A DNA stretch of 64,000 nucleotides, taken from Selaginella moellendorffii (lineage: Eukaryota; Plantae; Lycopodiophyta). The DNA is taken from assembly GCF_000143415.4 (NCBI RefSeq), contig NW_003314268.1:1348672-1412671 (forward strand), given 5' to 3'. The first letter of the stretch is position 1. Each line of letters starts with the position of its first letter. Below, piece by piece: positions 49,623 through 61,518 of this stretch. Under the pieces are notes generated by a model. The model did not search any database. It saw only the letters and a program-made list of their open reading frames with translations, and had not been told where the DNA came from. Position numbers and translations under genes: made by a program.

Positions 49623-50769
49623 ATGCGAATGGCGCTGGCGGGGATCGCCGCGGCGGGAGCTATGGCAGCCGGGGGAGTGGCGCTGTGGAAATTCCGGCCC
49701 AAGGATCCCATCTTCGAGGTAACCTCGATCGAATTCAAGGGATTCCAGATGCGCTTCTGCACGGATTCGCCGATGCTCATGGCGGTGATCGATGTGGAGC
49801 TGGTGCTGAGCATCAGCGTCACCAATCCCAACGTCGCGCCGATCGCGTACACGAGCACTACCATGGACATCTTCTACCATGACACACTTCTAGGGCAAGC
49901 CAAGGTGAGTTCTACTATACTTTCTATAGTTTTCTTCGTTCTTCCAAGAGAATGTCAAGGCGTGCTAGATCTTTTTTTTTTTCTCTTTGTCTTGATCAAA
50001 TCAATGCTTTGAGATGGCAGCCAGCATTTTTTCGTTAGATCATCCATCACTCCTGTCAAGAATTGTTCTAGATTGGGAACACGTAGAAACAAGTTATTCA
50101 CAAGGAAAACTATGAAAAACAATTGTGACCAATCAAGATCTCGATTGTTCACGATTGCTCATAGTTTATCCTCGTGAATATCTTGTTTCTTCGATTAAGG
50201 AATTGCTACATTGTTTTCCTCGTGAATTGCCTGTTTCTTTGATCAAGGAATTGCTACATTGTCTTGGTTCGCATGAATAGCACTCCAATCTCTTCTTCTT
50301 CAAATTTGAGCTAGAAATCTAAACTTCCGTAGAAATCGAGAGCTTGGAAGTTCTTCCAGAGCTCGAGAGCGTGCATTCACGTCTAAACAACAACAACAAA
50401 AAAATTTCCTTTTTTTTTTTCTTCCAGGTTGACGAAGGCACCCAGGAGGCCGATTCCACCAAAATCCTGCGCGTCCCCGCCAAGCTCGATGGCCTCCAAG
50501 TCACGAACCACGTCAAGGATCTCATCAAAGACGTGTATAAGCGCGAGATGCTGCTCCACTCCACCGTCACGATCTGCGGCGCCGCCAGAGTCTGGAAATG
50601 GCGCCACAAATTCGAGGTTTGTCGTCTCAATTCATCGCGCTCAAATCTCTCAATCGCGCTGGTCTTCCAGGTTCACGTCGACAGCGACATCAAGGTCGAT
50701 CCAATCTACCTCGACGTGATCGAGCAGGAGAATCGCGTCCATATGGAAATGCCGCTGGTGGCGGGATGA
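49623..50769 (+). CDS. LEA_2-domain protein; exons 49623-49904, 50428-50616, 50671-50769
   Basis: RPKDPIF, VTNPNVAPIAY, LRVPAKLDG, VHVDSDIKVDPIYLDVIEQEN. GT-AG introns in frame. Confidence 0.9.
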
Positions 50770-51551
50770 GAAGCTCTGTTTTTAGGGTTCTTGAATAAAT
50801 GTCACTCTGTTTTTAGGGAATTTTGTCCCCTGTTTCTAGGGCTATTGCGAGTTTCGCCGATCCAAGCGTGATTTCCACGAATTATTTTAGTGGGCTCGCA
50901 GCTGCCGGACAGCTGCGCGGACCCAATTGCCTGATTCCGCGCGCAACAGAGCAAAACAGGGCGGAATCTCGCAAGCCCAGGTGAGTGCAACGAAATGATT
51001 CATGGACGAACAACAACAGCAACCATAAGAACAAGGAAAAAGATGATGGAATTGTCGACGATCCATTCCATCGATGAGAGGATCGAGGCATTAAAAAAGC
51101 CTCTGGGGAATTTCGAGAGGCTGGTTTCTCGTTCGCGCTCTTGCCTGCCTCATATCTCATCTCGTTTGATCTGTCTTGCGTGTACTTTGGCCAAAGAACA
51201 TGTCCAAAAGAAACAAAGGTATTTATATATATTGTGTTGGTTGACCACTCTCCCCCTGTGTAGTCATGGTCCATGTCTCTCACTCAACACACTCAAAGAA
51301 TATCTCTCTATCTCACATATCACACACACAACACTCAAATCCTCACTCTGGGATTCAAATCTCGGCTTTTCAATCGCTTGGGCAGCCGCAGCGCGCGATT
51401 TCCTTGGATGGGCAGCCGCGAATCGGGAGAATTCATCCCGAATTGCAGTAGAATCGCAGCATCGGACCAGCGATGAACCAGAGCACTGGGGATTGTGCTT
51501 GATTCGTCCATCCATTCCCGTCGATCGATCGATTGGAGCTGGCGAGAGGTC

Positions 51552-52997
51552 TCACATCACAGCGACGGTGCGATCTGGCTTGCCCGGCCCGTGCGAATGC
51601 GAGGGAGGCGGATTGGAAGAGGACGAGGACGAGAAGAGCTTCCGCAAGCCATGAACCCTAACGCTCCGGAGCGACGGCCCAATGCACGCCGGGACGTGAA
51701 GAACGGGCGTCACTCGCACGCTCGAGGAGGAAGGCTTGTGATCCGATGGCCGCCTCCAGTTGCTCTCGCTGTGCGGGCGCGAATTCCCGATCAGGACGTG
51801 GTCCTGGAGCTGCATCTTGGCCGATAGCGTGGAAGAATTCGCCTTGCGATTGCTCCCACTTCTCTGGAGATTGCTGCCACTGTTCTTCCCTGCCGACGAG
51901 TTCTGGAGCTGCCCATGGAGCCTGGCGTTAGAGATTCCAGCCGATGATCGCCGCCCCCTGCTGCTAGCCCGGCCTCTGTTCGAATCGGGCTTGCTCCTGC
52001 TCGAATTTCTGCCCGGGGCGATGGCGATCTCGTCTGGGAAATCCGCGGAGGAGGAGGAAGAGGAATTAGCCGACGACGCTGTCCAATTTGAGGAGGAATT
52101 GGAGGAAGTAGACGAGACCGACGAGGAGTGGAGCGCCAGGATCTCGGGATCGCAGGAATTAGAGGAGGAATCCTTGAGCAGCGGCACCAGAGAGCTGTCA
52201 TGGACAATCTCCGCCGGATCATCCGGAGGAGAGATCTCTGGCGCATTGGAGCTGCTGGAATTGGAGCTGCTACTCCGGTTAAAGATCATCTTGAGAAGCT
52301 TGGCTGGAACACCTTGCTTGGAAGAACTCGATGCTTTTGGGGAAGAAATGGATTTTCTTTGAAACCCGAAGAGATCTCTCCAGCGGCTGGAAGAAGAACA
52401 TTTGCCAGATTTTGGGGGCGAGGAGGGGCGCGAGGTGTAGCCCGGCGGGGGATAGGAAGAGGATTTGAGCGTGGACGCCACCACCAATGGGCGAGCGGGA
52501 GATCTCAGCGAGCGCTCGCGGCGCATTAGGGCAACCGGTGGCGATCTTGCCACGATCGATCCTTGCTGCTGCTTCATCTGGGCGGTGGGCTGGTTCTTCC
52601 CAGGCGGCGCTGGATCCATCCGGAGCTCGGACAAGTCCTGGACCATTTGGATTCGCGGAGGGAGATGGAGTGGCAGGAGCTTGCCCTTGTAGAAGAGCTC
52701 GTCGGCGGAGAGCATTGGGGGGTTCTTGGGCGGCGCCGCGCGATCGCTAGCGGCGGTGGCGCTGGCCGTGAATTCAAACTCGCCAGACGAGGAGGAGGGG
52801 CGGTGGCGCGGCGATAGCGAAGCGCCCACATTGCTGCCGGGATGATCTAGATCGCCCAGTTGGGCGAAATCGTTGGAGAACGAGATCCGTGGGCTGTGCC
52901 AAGATCTACCGCTGCTGCTCCTGCTGCTACTGCCGCCGCCGCCGCTGCCCAGATCATCCGAGAGCTCCACCGATTCCAAGAAGCTCTTGCCCGCCAT
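51552..52997 (-). CDS. Ser-rich plant protein of unknown function with SPRISFS / ADELF..GKLLP motifs
   Basis: 481-aa single exon. Conserved islands SPRISFSNDF, EFEF, MLSADELFYKGKLLP, RWRDLFG, VRVTPVLHVPAC in disordered sequence. Confidence 0.85.
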   Translation of the reverse strand: MAGKSFLESVELSDDLGSGGGGSSSRSSSGRSWHSPRISFSNDFAQLGDLDHPGSNVGASLSPRHRPSSSSGEFEFTASATAASDRAAPPKNPPMLSADELFYKGKLLPLHLPPRIQMVQDLSELRMDPAPPGKNQPTAQMKQQQGSIVARSPPVALMRRERSLRSPARPLVVASTLKSSSYPPPGYTSRPSSPPKSGKCSSSSRWRDLFGFQRKSISSPKASSSSKQGVPAKLLKMIFNRSSSSNSSSSNAPEISPPDDPAEIVHDSSLVPLLKDSSSNSCDPEILALHSSSVSSTSSNSSSNWTASSANSSSSSSADFPDEIAIAPGRNSSRSKPDSNRGRASSRGRRSSAGISNARLHGQLQNSSAGKNSGSNLQRSGSNRKANSSTLSAKMQLQDHVLIGNSRPHSESNWRRPSDHKPSSSSVRVTPVLHVPACIGPSLRSVRVHGLRKLFSSSSSSNPPPSHSHGPGKPDRTVAVM

Positions 52998-53295
52998 AGC
53001 TATGGCCTTCCTCTTCCCGGCCTGTGATCGAGGCAGCGCGGCCTCTGGAAACCATGAGTCGTCCGCGGCGATTCCACTCCACTTCCTCTCGCCACTAGCA
53101 TTTCTCGCGATCAGCGATGGATCGATCGATCCAGGAGGGGGAGAGCTACGAAAGATCCAATTGCTGGCCGGAAAGGAATCGCCAGGCGATGCCCTGTACT
53201 TTCTGGGCTAAATAGCAAGGAAAAGAGGATGGGTCATGGCTTTGCTTGTAGCAAGCACAACAGTGCAGCCATAGACAGGCGGGCAAAACTCCCCC

Positions 53296-53468
53296 ACACG
53301 TGCCACGTGGACACGTCGTGCGAATCGGACGGACGCGATCGTCCTATACACCGAGACCGGATTAGTTATGATACGACGGCATAAACCCCCGTGGTTTAGA
53401 CCATGATTAGTACGGACATACTGCCAGGGTGGGCCACATGGGGTTTAAATCCAGTACGGCCCACGTGG
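53296..53468. promoter_or_regulatory. G-box/ABRE cluster upstream of the Ser-rich gene
   Basis: CACGTG at 53297, 53304 and 53462; CACGTC at 53312. Confidence 0.5.
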
Positions 53469-53774
53469 CCAGAACAATATTTGTCTTTCCCGGTTATGTT
53501 AATCGTAGCCCCTAAAGTAGAAGCGTATGGAATCTCGCAGGAATCTTCCGTTCCATGGTAGCTGGATAGAGAGGAATTTTTACCTAAGTGACAAGCGCTT
53601 GTACTTTACCTTGCAGCGGAATAAAGCTGCGCAGCAAAAAGAAGATCTCTACCAAATACGAGCCGTCCATTCCAGGATCTATCCAACGGCTGCAATTTAA
53701 CATTTTAAAATCTGGCGCGGGCAAGAAAAGAATATCCCCATAAAAGCGAAGGAATAAAAAAATTCACGAACTAG

Positions 53775-56318
53775 CTAGAGCTGGCCGCTAGACGAAGAAT
53801 TGCTCGAGCTTCTCAGCTCCTGCTTCTTCTTCCTCCTCCTCTCGCTGCGATTCAACACCGCGACAGCGCTCTCCAATCGGCTCACAATCTCGCCCATGCT
53901 CGGCCGCTCCTTCCCCTCGAGCCGGACGCACTCCTCCGCGAGCTCCGCCACGATCAACACCGCCTCCATCTCGTCCGCCTCCTCAGGAAGTCCAATCCTC
54001 GGATCCAGGATCGAGATCACTTGCCCCGCCAGGATGAATGGCACCGCGAAATCCACCACATTGACAGGCAGCTGTGGATTCTGGCGGAGCTTGAGCCGGT
54101 TCTCCACGATGATCGCGCGCTTGCCGGTGAGGATCTCGAGCAGCACCACGCCGAAGCTGTAGACGTCGCTCTTGGTGGTGAGCTGCTGGAGCCTGTAGTA
54201 CTCGGGATCCATGTAGCCCACGGTGCCGGCGGCGGTGAGCGAGAGATGGGACTCGCCATCGCTCGGACCCATGAGCGAGAGACCAAAGTCCGAGACCCTG
54301 GCCGAGCACTCGGCGTCGATGAGGATGTTGCTCGACTTGATGTCCCTGTGGATGATCGGAGGAACCGCGTACGTGTGGAGGTACTCGATCCCCCTGGCGG
54401 CCTGGAGGGCGATCCCGATTCGCATTTGCCACGAGTTTAGATTGATCGCGAAGATCCTCTCTTGCTGCTGTGGGACGATCTCTCCACCCTCTTGCCGTTC
54501 CTGGTGTTCTTCCTCCTTTCGCCCGTGGAGGTGATCGTGGACGGTTCCATTCGGCATGAAATCGTAGACGAGCAATCGCTCGTCGTCCTCGGCACAGAAT
54601 CCCACCAGCGTCACCAGGTGCCGGTGGTGGAGCCTGGTGAGGAACTCGAGCTCGCTCTGGAAAGCCGATTCCTTGTCCTGGAACTTCTTCTTGGCGATGG
54701 CGTCCATGCCCGACGATCCAACCCCGCCGCGCTTGATCGCCACCTCGCGCCCGTCCGGAAGAACACCCCGGTAGACGGTGCCAAAGCTGCCAGTGCCGAT
54801 GCGATTGTCATCGCTGAAGTTGTCGGTGGCGGCCGCGAGCTCTTCCAGCGTGAATGTTTCGGCTCGGCCCAGGCTCCTCCGGCTCCCGGTCACGTACGAT
54901 GCTCCACTGCGCTGCCGTCGCAATTGCTGCTGCTGGGAGATCGTCACCGATCCATTGTTGGCATTCACGGAGTGATGGATCCTTCCGGACTCTGAGCGCT
55001 TGCGGAGCCTCGACCAAGAACAGAACGCGATCGCGACGAGGCCGAGTAGCATCCCTGTCGATCCCAGCACCACGCTCACGATCTCCACGTTCGATAGCCG
55101 CCGCCGCCGAGATCTTCCAGGAGGAGGAGGTGGAGGAGCTAGCGCTGGAGGTGGCGGTGATGAGCTGCATTGCCTGTCCCCGCCAGTGATCCCGCAAGGG
55201 ACCTCCTCGATTGCCCCTTCCGGGCATCTGGTGCACGACACGCAGACGTGATTGAATCCACCGCAGACGCTGGAATTCCCTGTGGCATTCACCAGCGCGT
55301 ACGATTCCGCCGCGCATTGCCCACTGCTACACGATCCTGGCAGCGATTGGCTCAACCCGATCGAGACGCTGCCCCAGCAAGTTACCCCAAGATCGCCGCT
55401 CCTCACGCCGCAAGTGTAGAAATCCCCCGCGGCGATGGAATCAAACCTCACTCCTGCTGGCGCCGCGAGCTGCGAGGTGGAATTGTCGCCCCAGCAGAGC
55501 GCCTGGCGCGTCGATCGATCCAACCCGCAAGAATGCCTCTGCCCTAACGCAAACGCGAAGAACTCCACGCTGGGAGGGAAATCCAGCTGCCCGTACGTGT
55601 TATCGCCCCAGCAGTACGACACGGTCCCAAAGGACGAGTAAAGACCACAGACGTGTTGGCCGCCCGCCTGTACGGACGAGAATGAGCCCTGCGATGGCTG
55701 GAAGCGCCGTTGGATCGATTCGTCGCCCCAACACACGACGCTCCCGTTTGACGCGACGATGCCACAGCTGAAATTCGAGCCGCTGGTGATGCTGGTGAGA
55801 TTTGCTAGATTAGTCGGTGCCGCGATGCCGATCCCTCGCCAGCAATCCACGCCGCCATCGATCGATCGAATGCCGCAGACGTGGGAATCGCCCACCGCGA
55901 TCTGGGAGTAGCTCGCGCTCGAGAGGCGGCTGCGCGAGCTGAAATTCATGGCATCCCAGCAAAAGGGCTGGCGCGTCCACTCCCTGAGCGCGCAGAAGAA
56001 TCCATTCCCGCCCGAGATGCCAACGAAGGAAGCGTCGCCATAGCTGAGTGGGGGGCTGGCGCTGTTATTGCTGCCCGCGCAGCTGATGATCGATCCAGCC
56101 AATCCGGGGACAATCCCGCAAATCCGAGCTTCTGGGTACGTGGGAGCGATCCCCGACATTGAACCCAATGAGCGCGCGGCAGGGATTAGCAGCGAGACGA
56201 CGAGAAATCGACATACCAGACCCCATTTCTTCGCTAAAGCTCTGTTCTTGCGACCCGAATTCCTACCCAAGGAGATCGAATTCTCAAGAATTGCCTGAAA
56301 CCCACTACACCTGTCCAT
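53775..56318 (-). CDS. CRINKLY4-related receptor kinase (CCR3/CCR4-like), intronless
   Basis: Crinkly repeats (G..H.CG....CWG), Cys-rich TNFR-like segment, TM helix, kinase GTGSFG, AIKR, HRDIKSSN, DFG, GYMDPEY, KFQDKESAF.SELEFL.RLHH. Confidence 0.94.
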   Translation of the reverse strand: MDRCSGFQAILENSISLGRNSGRKNRALAKKWGLVCRFLVVSLLIPAARSLGSMSGIAPTYPEARICGIVPGLAGSIISCAGSNNSASPPLSYGDASFVGISGGNGFFCALREWTRQPFCWDAMNFSSRSRLSSASYSQIAVGDSHVCGIRSIDGGVDCWRGIGIAAPTNLANLTSITSGSNFSCGIVASNGSVVCWGDESIQRRFQPSQGSFSSVQAGGQHVCGLYSSFGTVSYCWGDNTYGQLDFPPSVEFFAFALGQRHSCGLDRSTRQALCWGDNSTSQLAAPAGVRFDSIAAGDFYTCGVRSGDLGVTCWGSVSIGLSQSLPGSCSSGQCAAESYALVNATGNSSVCGGFNHVCVSCTRCPEGAIEEVPCGITGGDRQCSSSPPPPALAPPPPPPGRSRRRRLSNVEIVSVVLGSTGMLLGLVAIAFCSWSRLRKRSESGRIHHSVNANNGSVTISQQQQLRRQRSGASYVTGSRRSLGRAETFTLEELAAATDNFSDDNRIGTGSFGTVYRGVLPDGREVAIKRGGVGSSGMDAIAKKKFQDKESAFQSELEFLTRLHHRHLVTLVGFCAEDDERLLVYDFMPNGTVHDHLHGRKEEEHQERQEGGEIVPQQQERIFAINLNSWQMRIGIALQAARGIEYLHTYAVPPIIHRDIKSSNILIDAECSARVSDFGLSLMGPSDGESHLSLTAAGTVGYMDPEYYRLQQLTTKSDVYSFGVVLLEILTGKRAIIVENRLKLRQNPQLPVNVVDFAVPFILAGQVISILDPRIGLPEEADEMEAVLIVAELAEECVRLEGKERPSMGEIVSRLESAVAVLNRSERRRKKKQELRSSSNSSSSGQL

Positions 56319-58068
56319 GAAGCAAGCTGATCAAGCTTGGATCGTCCCCAATTGCAGCACATTTTTCGTTCCCGGGTCGTGCAATTCCGGCCGGTCTCGG
56401 GTTTCGATCGGTAAGGAGGAAGCGAACGCCTATTGATGAACGACCGCGATTTTCTGCCGCGCTGCTGGTACCTAGAGTCGTCGTCCAAAGTCCTCCACGG
56501 AGCGCGAGCTATAAATCCCAAAGCGGGCTTTTCTCGCAGCTCTCGATCGTTTCAAACCGGCGGCTCATTGACCATTCCAGCACAGTGGAAATTAGCACCA
56601 AATTTTTGTGCGTGCGCGGTCTAGCAAATCTAATCGTTGTTTTCTTCTTCTACGTGGTCTTGAGGGAGCTTCCGCGTTTTGTCAATTCAGCGCGCAGCGT
56701 GTGAAAAGTGCCATGTCTGATTAACCAAGAGCCGTAGGATCCCGGTCAAGCCCAGCTCTGACGTTGATTTGACAAGAATATTCCACCGATTTGAATTTAA
56801 AACCTTTGCCGCGTGGCACCGCCCACCCAGCTAACCTGTGGACGAAGTGTCGAACTCCGTTGAAAACTTGCGCTGGGGCGGAGGGGGGGTTCGTTCTCGA
56901 CATTTTCTGCATCTGGGCGAGTTATTTCTCGTCAATCAGGAGCTCTGGAATGCTACAAGGACGCACAGAAAGCAAACGAAAAGAAAAAAAAAAGATGGAG
57001 GTGATCCGTGGACGTCCTTGTCGGATCCACAAACACCCAAAAACCTTTGCTCTAATCTTTTCAATAAATTCGCGAACCTTGACGCTGCTGACATTTGGCT
57101 GGTTTCTAGAATCATTTAAGCTGTCCTGGCCTTAAACCTGCGAAAAATAATCACAGTAAGTTCACGACGAGAAAGTTGCAGAGTGTTTCTTCTACCTGTA
57201 CTTCGGTTTGACGTTTACCAGGAAAGCAGCGCCAAGAAAACAAAGGTTTTGAGGCATTCAAAGCAATTTTTACAGAGATTGGTACCTCTGAATTGAGTCC
57301 ATGGTTTGTGTACAAGACCCTGGCCAAGTCCAGCCATGGAGATCCCTCTCAAAATACAGCGATGACTCCGCTGCTCTGAGAAGTCTTGACGGAATCTCGC
57401 GCCCTGAGACAAAAAAGAGAATAAAAAGTATGTAATAAGAGAAACTGAAGTTAACAACTTACCTCTCCAAACCTTTGATGCGATGCCGACTCGGTCAGCA
57501 AAAGCCCCAGTTGCCACCTCAAAAGATCGCTCGCTGTCGATGACTCTTGACTCTCCTCGGTCTCCTCCTTTAATTTGATTTTCGTTTGCTTCACACCTTA
57601 ATCGTGGAAAGCGCGTTTCCCCATCGAAAGCCCCATTTCGCACGACTAAAGTGTTGTGTAAGACGAGGAAGAAGCACGGGGAGCGATGAATGCGAGCACC
57701 GGAGCTGGCCATCTCTGTCTTCTCTGCCTGTAAAAACTATGAGAAACTCCAAAGCATTGTTTCTAGTGCTGCCAGTAAGTAATCCCACTGTGACTTAAAA
57801 AATCTCGTAGCTTACTTGGTTCGAGGAGGAAGGGGAACCGACGAAGTTTTCTAGTGCTTTCAACACCTCCAAAACTTGTGAGGGACAGGTAGATCGATCA
57901 GTGTATGCGCTGCATGATCCACACTCGTTTTGCTTTGCTGTCTAGATCAAATTCAATCACCAAGTACTTAGACAACGAAGTAGGAAGAAAAAAAAATTCG
58001 TTTCCTTTAAAGCATTGAAAAGGTTATACCAAAGTTTCCGGACTGTTAGAACACATGTCGCTCCACTA

Positions 58069-58456
58069 CTAAAAAACGATCCCCTTCTTCTCAAGAAAAT
58101 CTTTTGCCTCGATGATATCCTGACAGACAATGAAGCGAAAAAGATCAATCTCTTTTTTCCCGAGAGAATTTGGTCGAGAAAAGTAAACCTGTTGTAGTAG
58201 AATCGCCTCCTTGGGACACGATGGAAAAACCAGGAGTCCATAAGCAACCATTACGACGCCATAGCAACCCAAAGCAAAAATCGCGAGAATTGGAAGCTAC
58301 AAAGTTAAATATTTAGCGAAGAAAAGATAGAACTGCAATACTCACGTAAGGAACGAATTTTGCTACGCGATCCGGTAGATCAGATCGAAGGAGTAGACTG
58401 AGCCACAGCGCGGTGACGAGAACAGCGATGGCGCCTAGCTTGATCACCTGCTTCAT
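58069..58456 (-). CDS. DPM3: Dolichol-phosphate mannosyltransferase subunit 3; exons 58456-58346, 58296-58189, 58119-58069
   Basis: 89-aa product MKQVIKL...LPILAIFALGCYGVVMVAYGLLVFPSCPKEAILLQQDIIEAKDFLEKKG. Confidence 0.94.
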
Positions 58457-58542
58457 GGCGCTCGTCGCGCGAGCCCAAGAACCCTAGATCGAATTTTGGC
58501 GCTCACATTTTTAGGGCTCTTAGTGGGTTTGGGGTTTGCGAA

Positions 58543-60442
58543 ATGGGGGGAGAAGACGAGTCGCTGCGCGCGGAGATCTCTCGTCTCCAGCAGCGCGTGG
58601 AGATGCTAGAGCAGAAGCTGGCTGATCGAGATCGCGTGCCTGTGAGGAGTGCGGCGGCGGAGGATTTGCGGTCGGCTTACACGACTCATGGATTGAATTC
58701 GTATCAGGTCTGTCGATATAGCAGGCAGCTCCTCGTTCCGGCCTTTGGCATCGCAGGTGTGTATTACGAATAGTTTCTCTTCTGGAACTTCCTTTTTCTT
58801 CTTCGAGGCTAACGAGCTAGTATCAGGCCAAGAGAAGTTGCTAAGTTCTTCCATTTTGGTTATTGGCTGTGGAGGGTTAGGCTCTTCTGCCGCATTATAT
58901 CTTGCTGCCGCTGGTGTTGGTATACTTCCTCGAATTCTAGTTCGTGAGTAATTTTTTCTGTGGCAGGTGTTCTTGGGCTTGTGGACCGTGATACTGTGGA
59001 GCTAAACAATCTCCATCGCCAGGTACTTCGTTTCGTTCTTCGCACTTCAGACATTTTTTTTCTTCGTTCTTTTCAGATCATCCACTCCGAGGAAGCCATC
59101 GGTACGTCAAAAGTGAGGTCCGCTGCTACGTCTTGCAGGAGGTATGGTGTTTCTATGCGTCAGCAATGGTTTCTAGTTCTTTCTTCCTGTCGTTCCTCAG
59201 GATTAATAGCTCTCTATCCATTTTGGAGTTTCCAAATGGATTTTCCGCTGACAATGCATTGGAGATTGTGAGAAAGTATGCCATTCAATCGTCCTTTCGC
59301 CTGAATTCTGCGCATTCTTCAACAGGTTCGATGTGGTCGTCGATGCTACGGACAATCTCCCGAGTCGCTACCTCATTAGTGACGCCTGCGTTGTTGCAAG
59401 GAAGGTACATATCCATCAATTCGGACTTATAGAACGGATAAAAGAACACTCGTAATTCGCGTTTCCAGCCATTGGTATCCGGCGCAGCACTCGGTCTAGA
59501 TGGCCAGGTAAGACTTTCATCAGCTTGATGTGATTTAATCCAACATTCTTTTATGCAGCTAACTGTTTACAATCACAAGAATGGACCATGCTATCGTTGC
59601 TTATTTCCTGTCCCACCTCCTCAAAGCGCTTGCCAAAGATGTTCTGATAGCGGAGTACTTGGTGTTGGTACGTGAAGCTTTACAGCCTCGAAGATCTGAA
59701 TCCTTTATTCTTGTTCTTGCAGTGCCAGGAATAATTGGCTCCCTTGAAGCTCTAGAGGCAATCAAGCTTGCAAGTGGTACCGGGGAGCCACTTAGCAGCA
59801 GAATGCTAATCTTCGATGCGAGCTTGGGAAGGTTCCAAAATGTAAGGCACGCTGTTTCTTTTGAGCTGAGCAAGTCATCTAGACTTTTTTGTCTTTTATC
59901 AGATCAAACTGAGAGCAAAGAATCCAAGCTGTGTGGCGTGTGGAGACAATCCGGAAATCACTGAAGCGAATTTTCACAACATGAACTACGAGGCGTTTAC
60001 CGGGGTTGCCATGACAGATGAGGTAAGTAGGACCAACACGCTTTCAAATCTTCGATAATCTTTCTCTATCATTTCGTAGGCTCCAGTTCGAAAGCAAGTG
60101 GTCTCTCTTTCCAATTCCCTGAGCTGCTTAGAGCTGAGAAAACGCATCGAAGAAAAAGTCCCTCACGTCCTGTTAGACGTCCGTGACGAGCACCAGTACG
60201 CCATCAGCGCGCTGCCACAGTCGACAAACATTCCTCTCTCGCAACTCCAGAAGAACAGCCAAGAGCTCCGCGATATCATACTCGACGACGAGAAGATGCC
60301 AGTCTTTGTCATCTGCCGGAGGGGGAATAGCTCTCAGGAAGCTGTGGAGCTGCTCAGAAACTCTGGAGTTAACGCCTTGGATGTCACGGGAGGACTTGAG
60401 GCGTGGTCCAGAGAGGTAGACTCCAAGTTTCCTTTGTACTAA
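58543..60442 (+). CDS. CNX5: Molybdopterin synthase sulfurase / adenylyltransferase-sulfurtransferase (MOCS3/UBA4); multi-exon
   Basis: [62 protein letters not shown]-terminal rhodanese [17 protein letters not shown]. Confidence 0.96.
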
Positions 60443-60734
60443 ATCGTTTTTTCTCTACAGGAAAGCTCAAAGGTCTTGGTTTTATTAGAAACAACTTTTT
60501 CTTTCGAGAATCATCAAAAGTTTCGCGGAATAATCTCGTTTCGAAGCAAAGGTAAAGAGTTTTGCTTGAGAAAGACTACAATGGAAGAAAAGTTCAAGCC
60601 AACCGAAGTTTTGGTTCTAGCCAATCAAAATATTGGAAGCTACAACCTTTCCCACAGAGTTTGATCTATCAAAAACACCATGGCAGGTTTGTATATAAAT
60701 CTAGAACTTGGGAGCTACATCGTCGTCTTGGGCG

Positions 60735-61195
60735 CTAGAAGCAAGCGTCTAGCAAACAACAGCAACACAAGGCCGCCAAACTGGAAGAAAAAAAAAGGAT
60801 CAAACAAAGAAAAAATGCAAAAAAAAAAAAGGGAAGAGCTTCGAGCGAAGCGAGGCTCCAGAAACTATAAATTTACCATCCCTCGATGAACGATGGGCCT
60901 TTGTTGTTTTGATGATACTGCTCCTGGTTATATCCCGGCTGTTGGACTGGATAGCCCGCTGGAGGATAGCCTTGCGGAGGATATCCCTGGGGAGGATAGC
61001 CTTGCGGAGGATAGCCCTGGGCGGGATACGCTTCATACCCTGCCAAAACACCCCAGATCTCTCAGATATCCAGGATTTCTCCGCGATCAGGGTAAAATCG
61101 TCGCAAAGATCTCGCGATTTCTCGCGGCGCTTACCTTGAGCATAGCCTTGCGGCGGCGGCGCTTGCACTGGCGGCTTCTGATCGTAGTAGCTCAT
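60735..61195 (-). CDS. CYSTM Cys-rich transmembrane module protein; 3 exons
   Basis: MSYYDQKPPVQAPPPQGY, GYPPQ repeats, FIEGCLAALCCCCLLDACF*. Confidence 0.93.
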
Positions 61196-61518
61196 CCTCT
61201 CCTCCGCCAAGAAATCGAATCGATCGAAAGCAAAACGAACGAGTAAGTGGTGCGTGTACCCGTTATAAAAGGGGCCAAAAACGCGGAATGGCTATTCCTA
61301 GGCTTGACGGACGGTCGAGATTCGCGGAGGCCACTAATCGACGGCTTCCCGGAAGCTGGCCTTAAGACTGGGGTTTATGGGGTTTAGGGCTGACGATGCC
61401 CCTGTTTTTTAGGGTTCTTGAGGATGAGGAAGCTCTGGCGATGGCGACGCGCCGGCTTGCGCCAGGTTCGTGCTCGATTTGTCGCGGATTTTGATTGATT
61501 CTCGTGGTTTCAGGGAGA

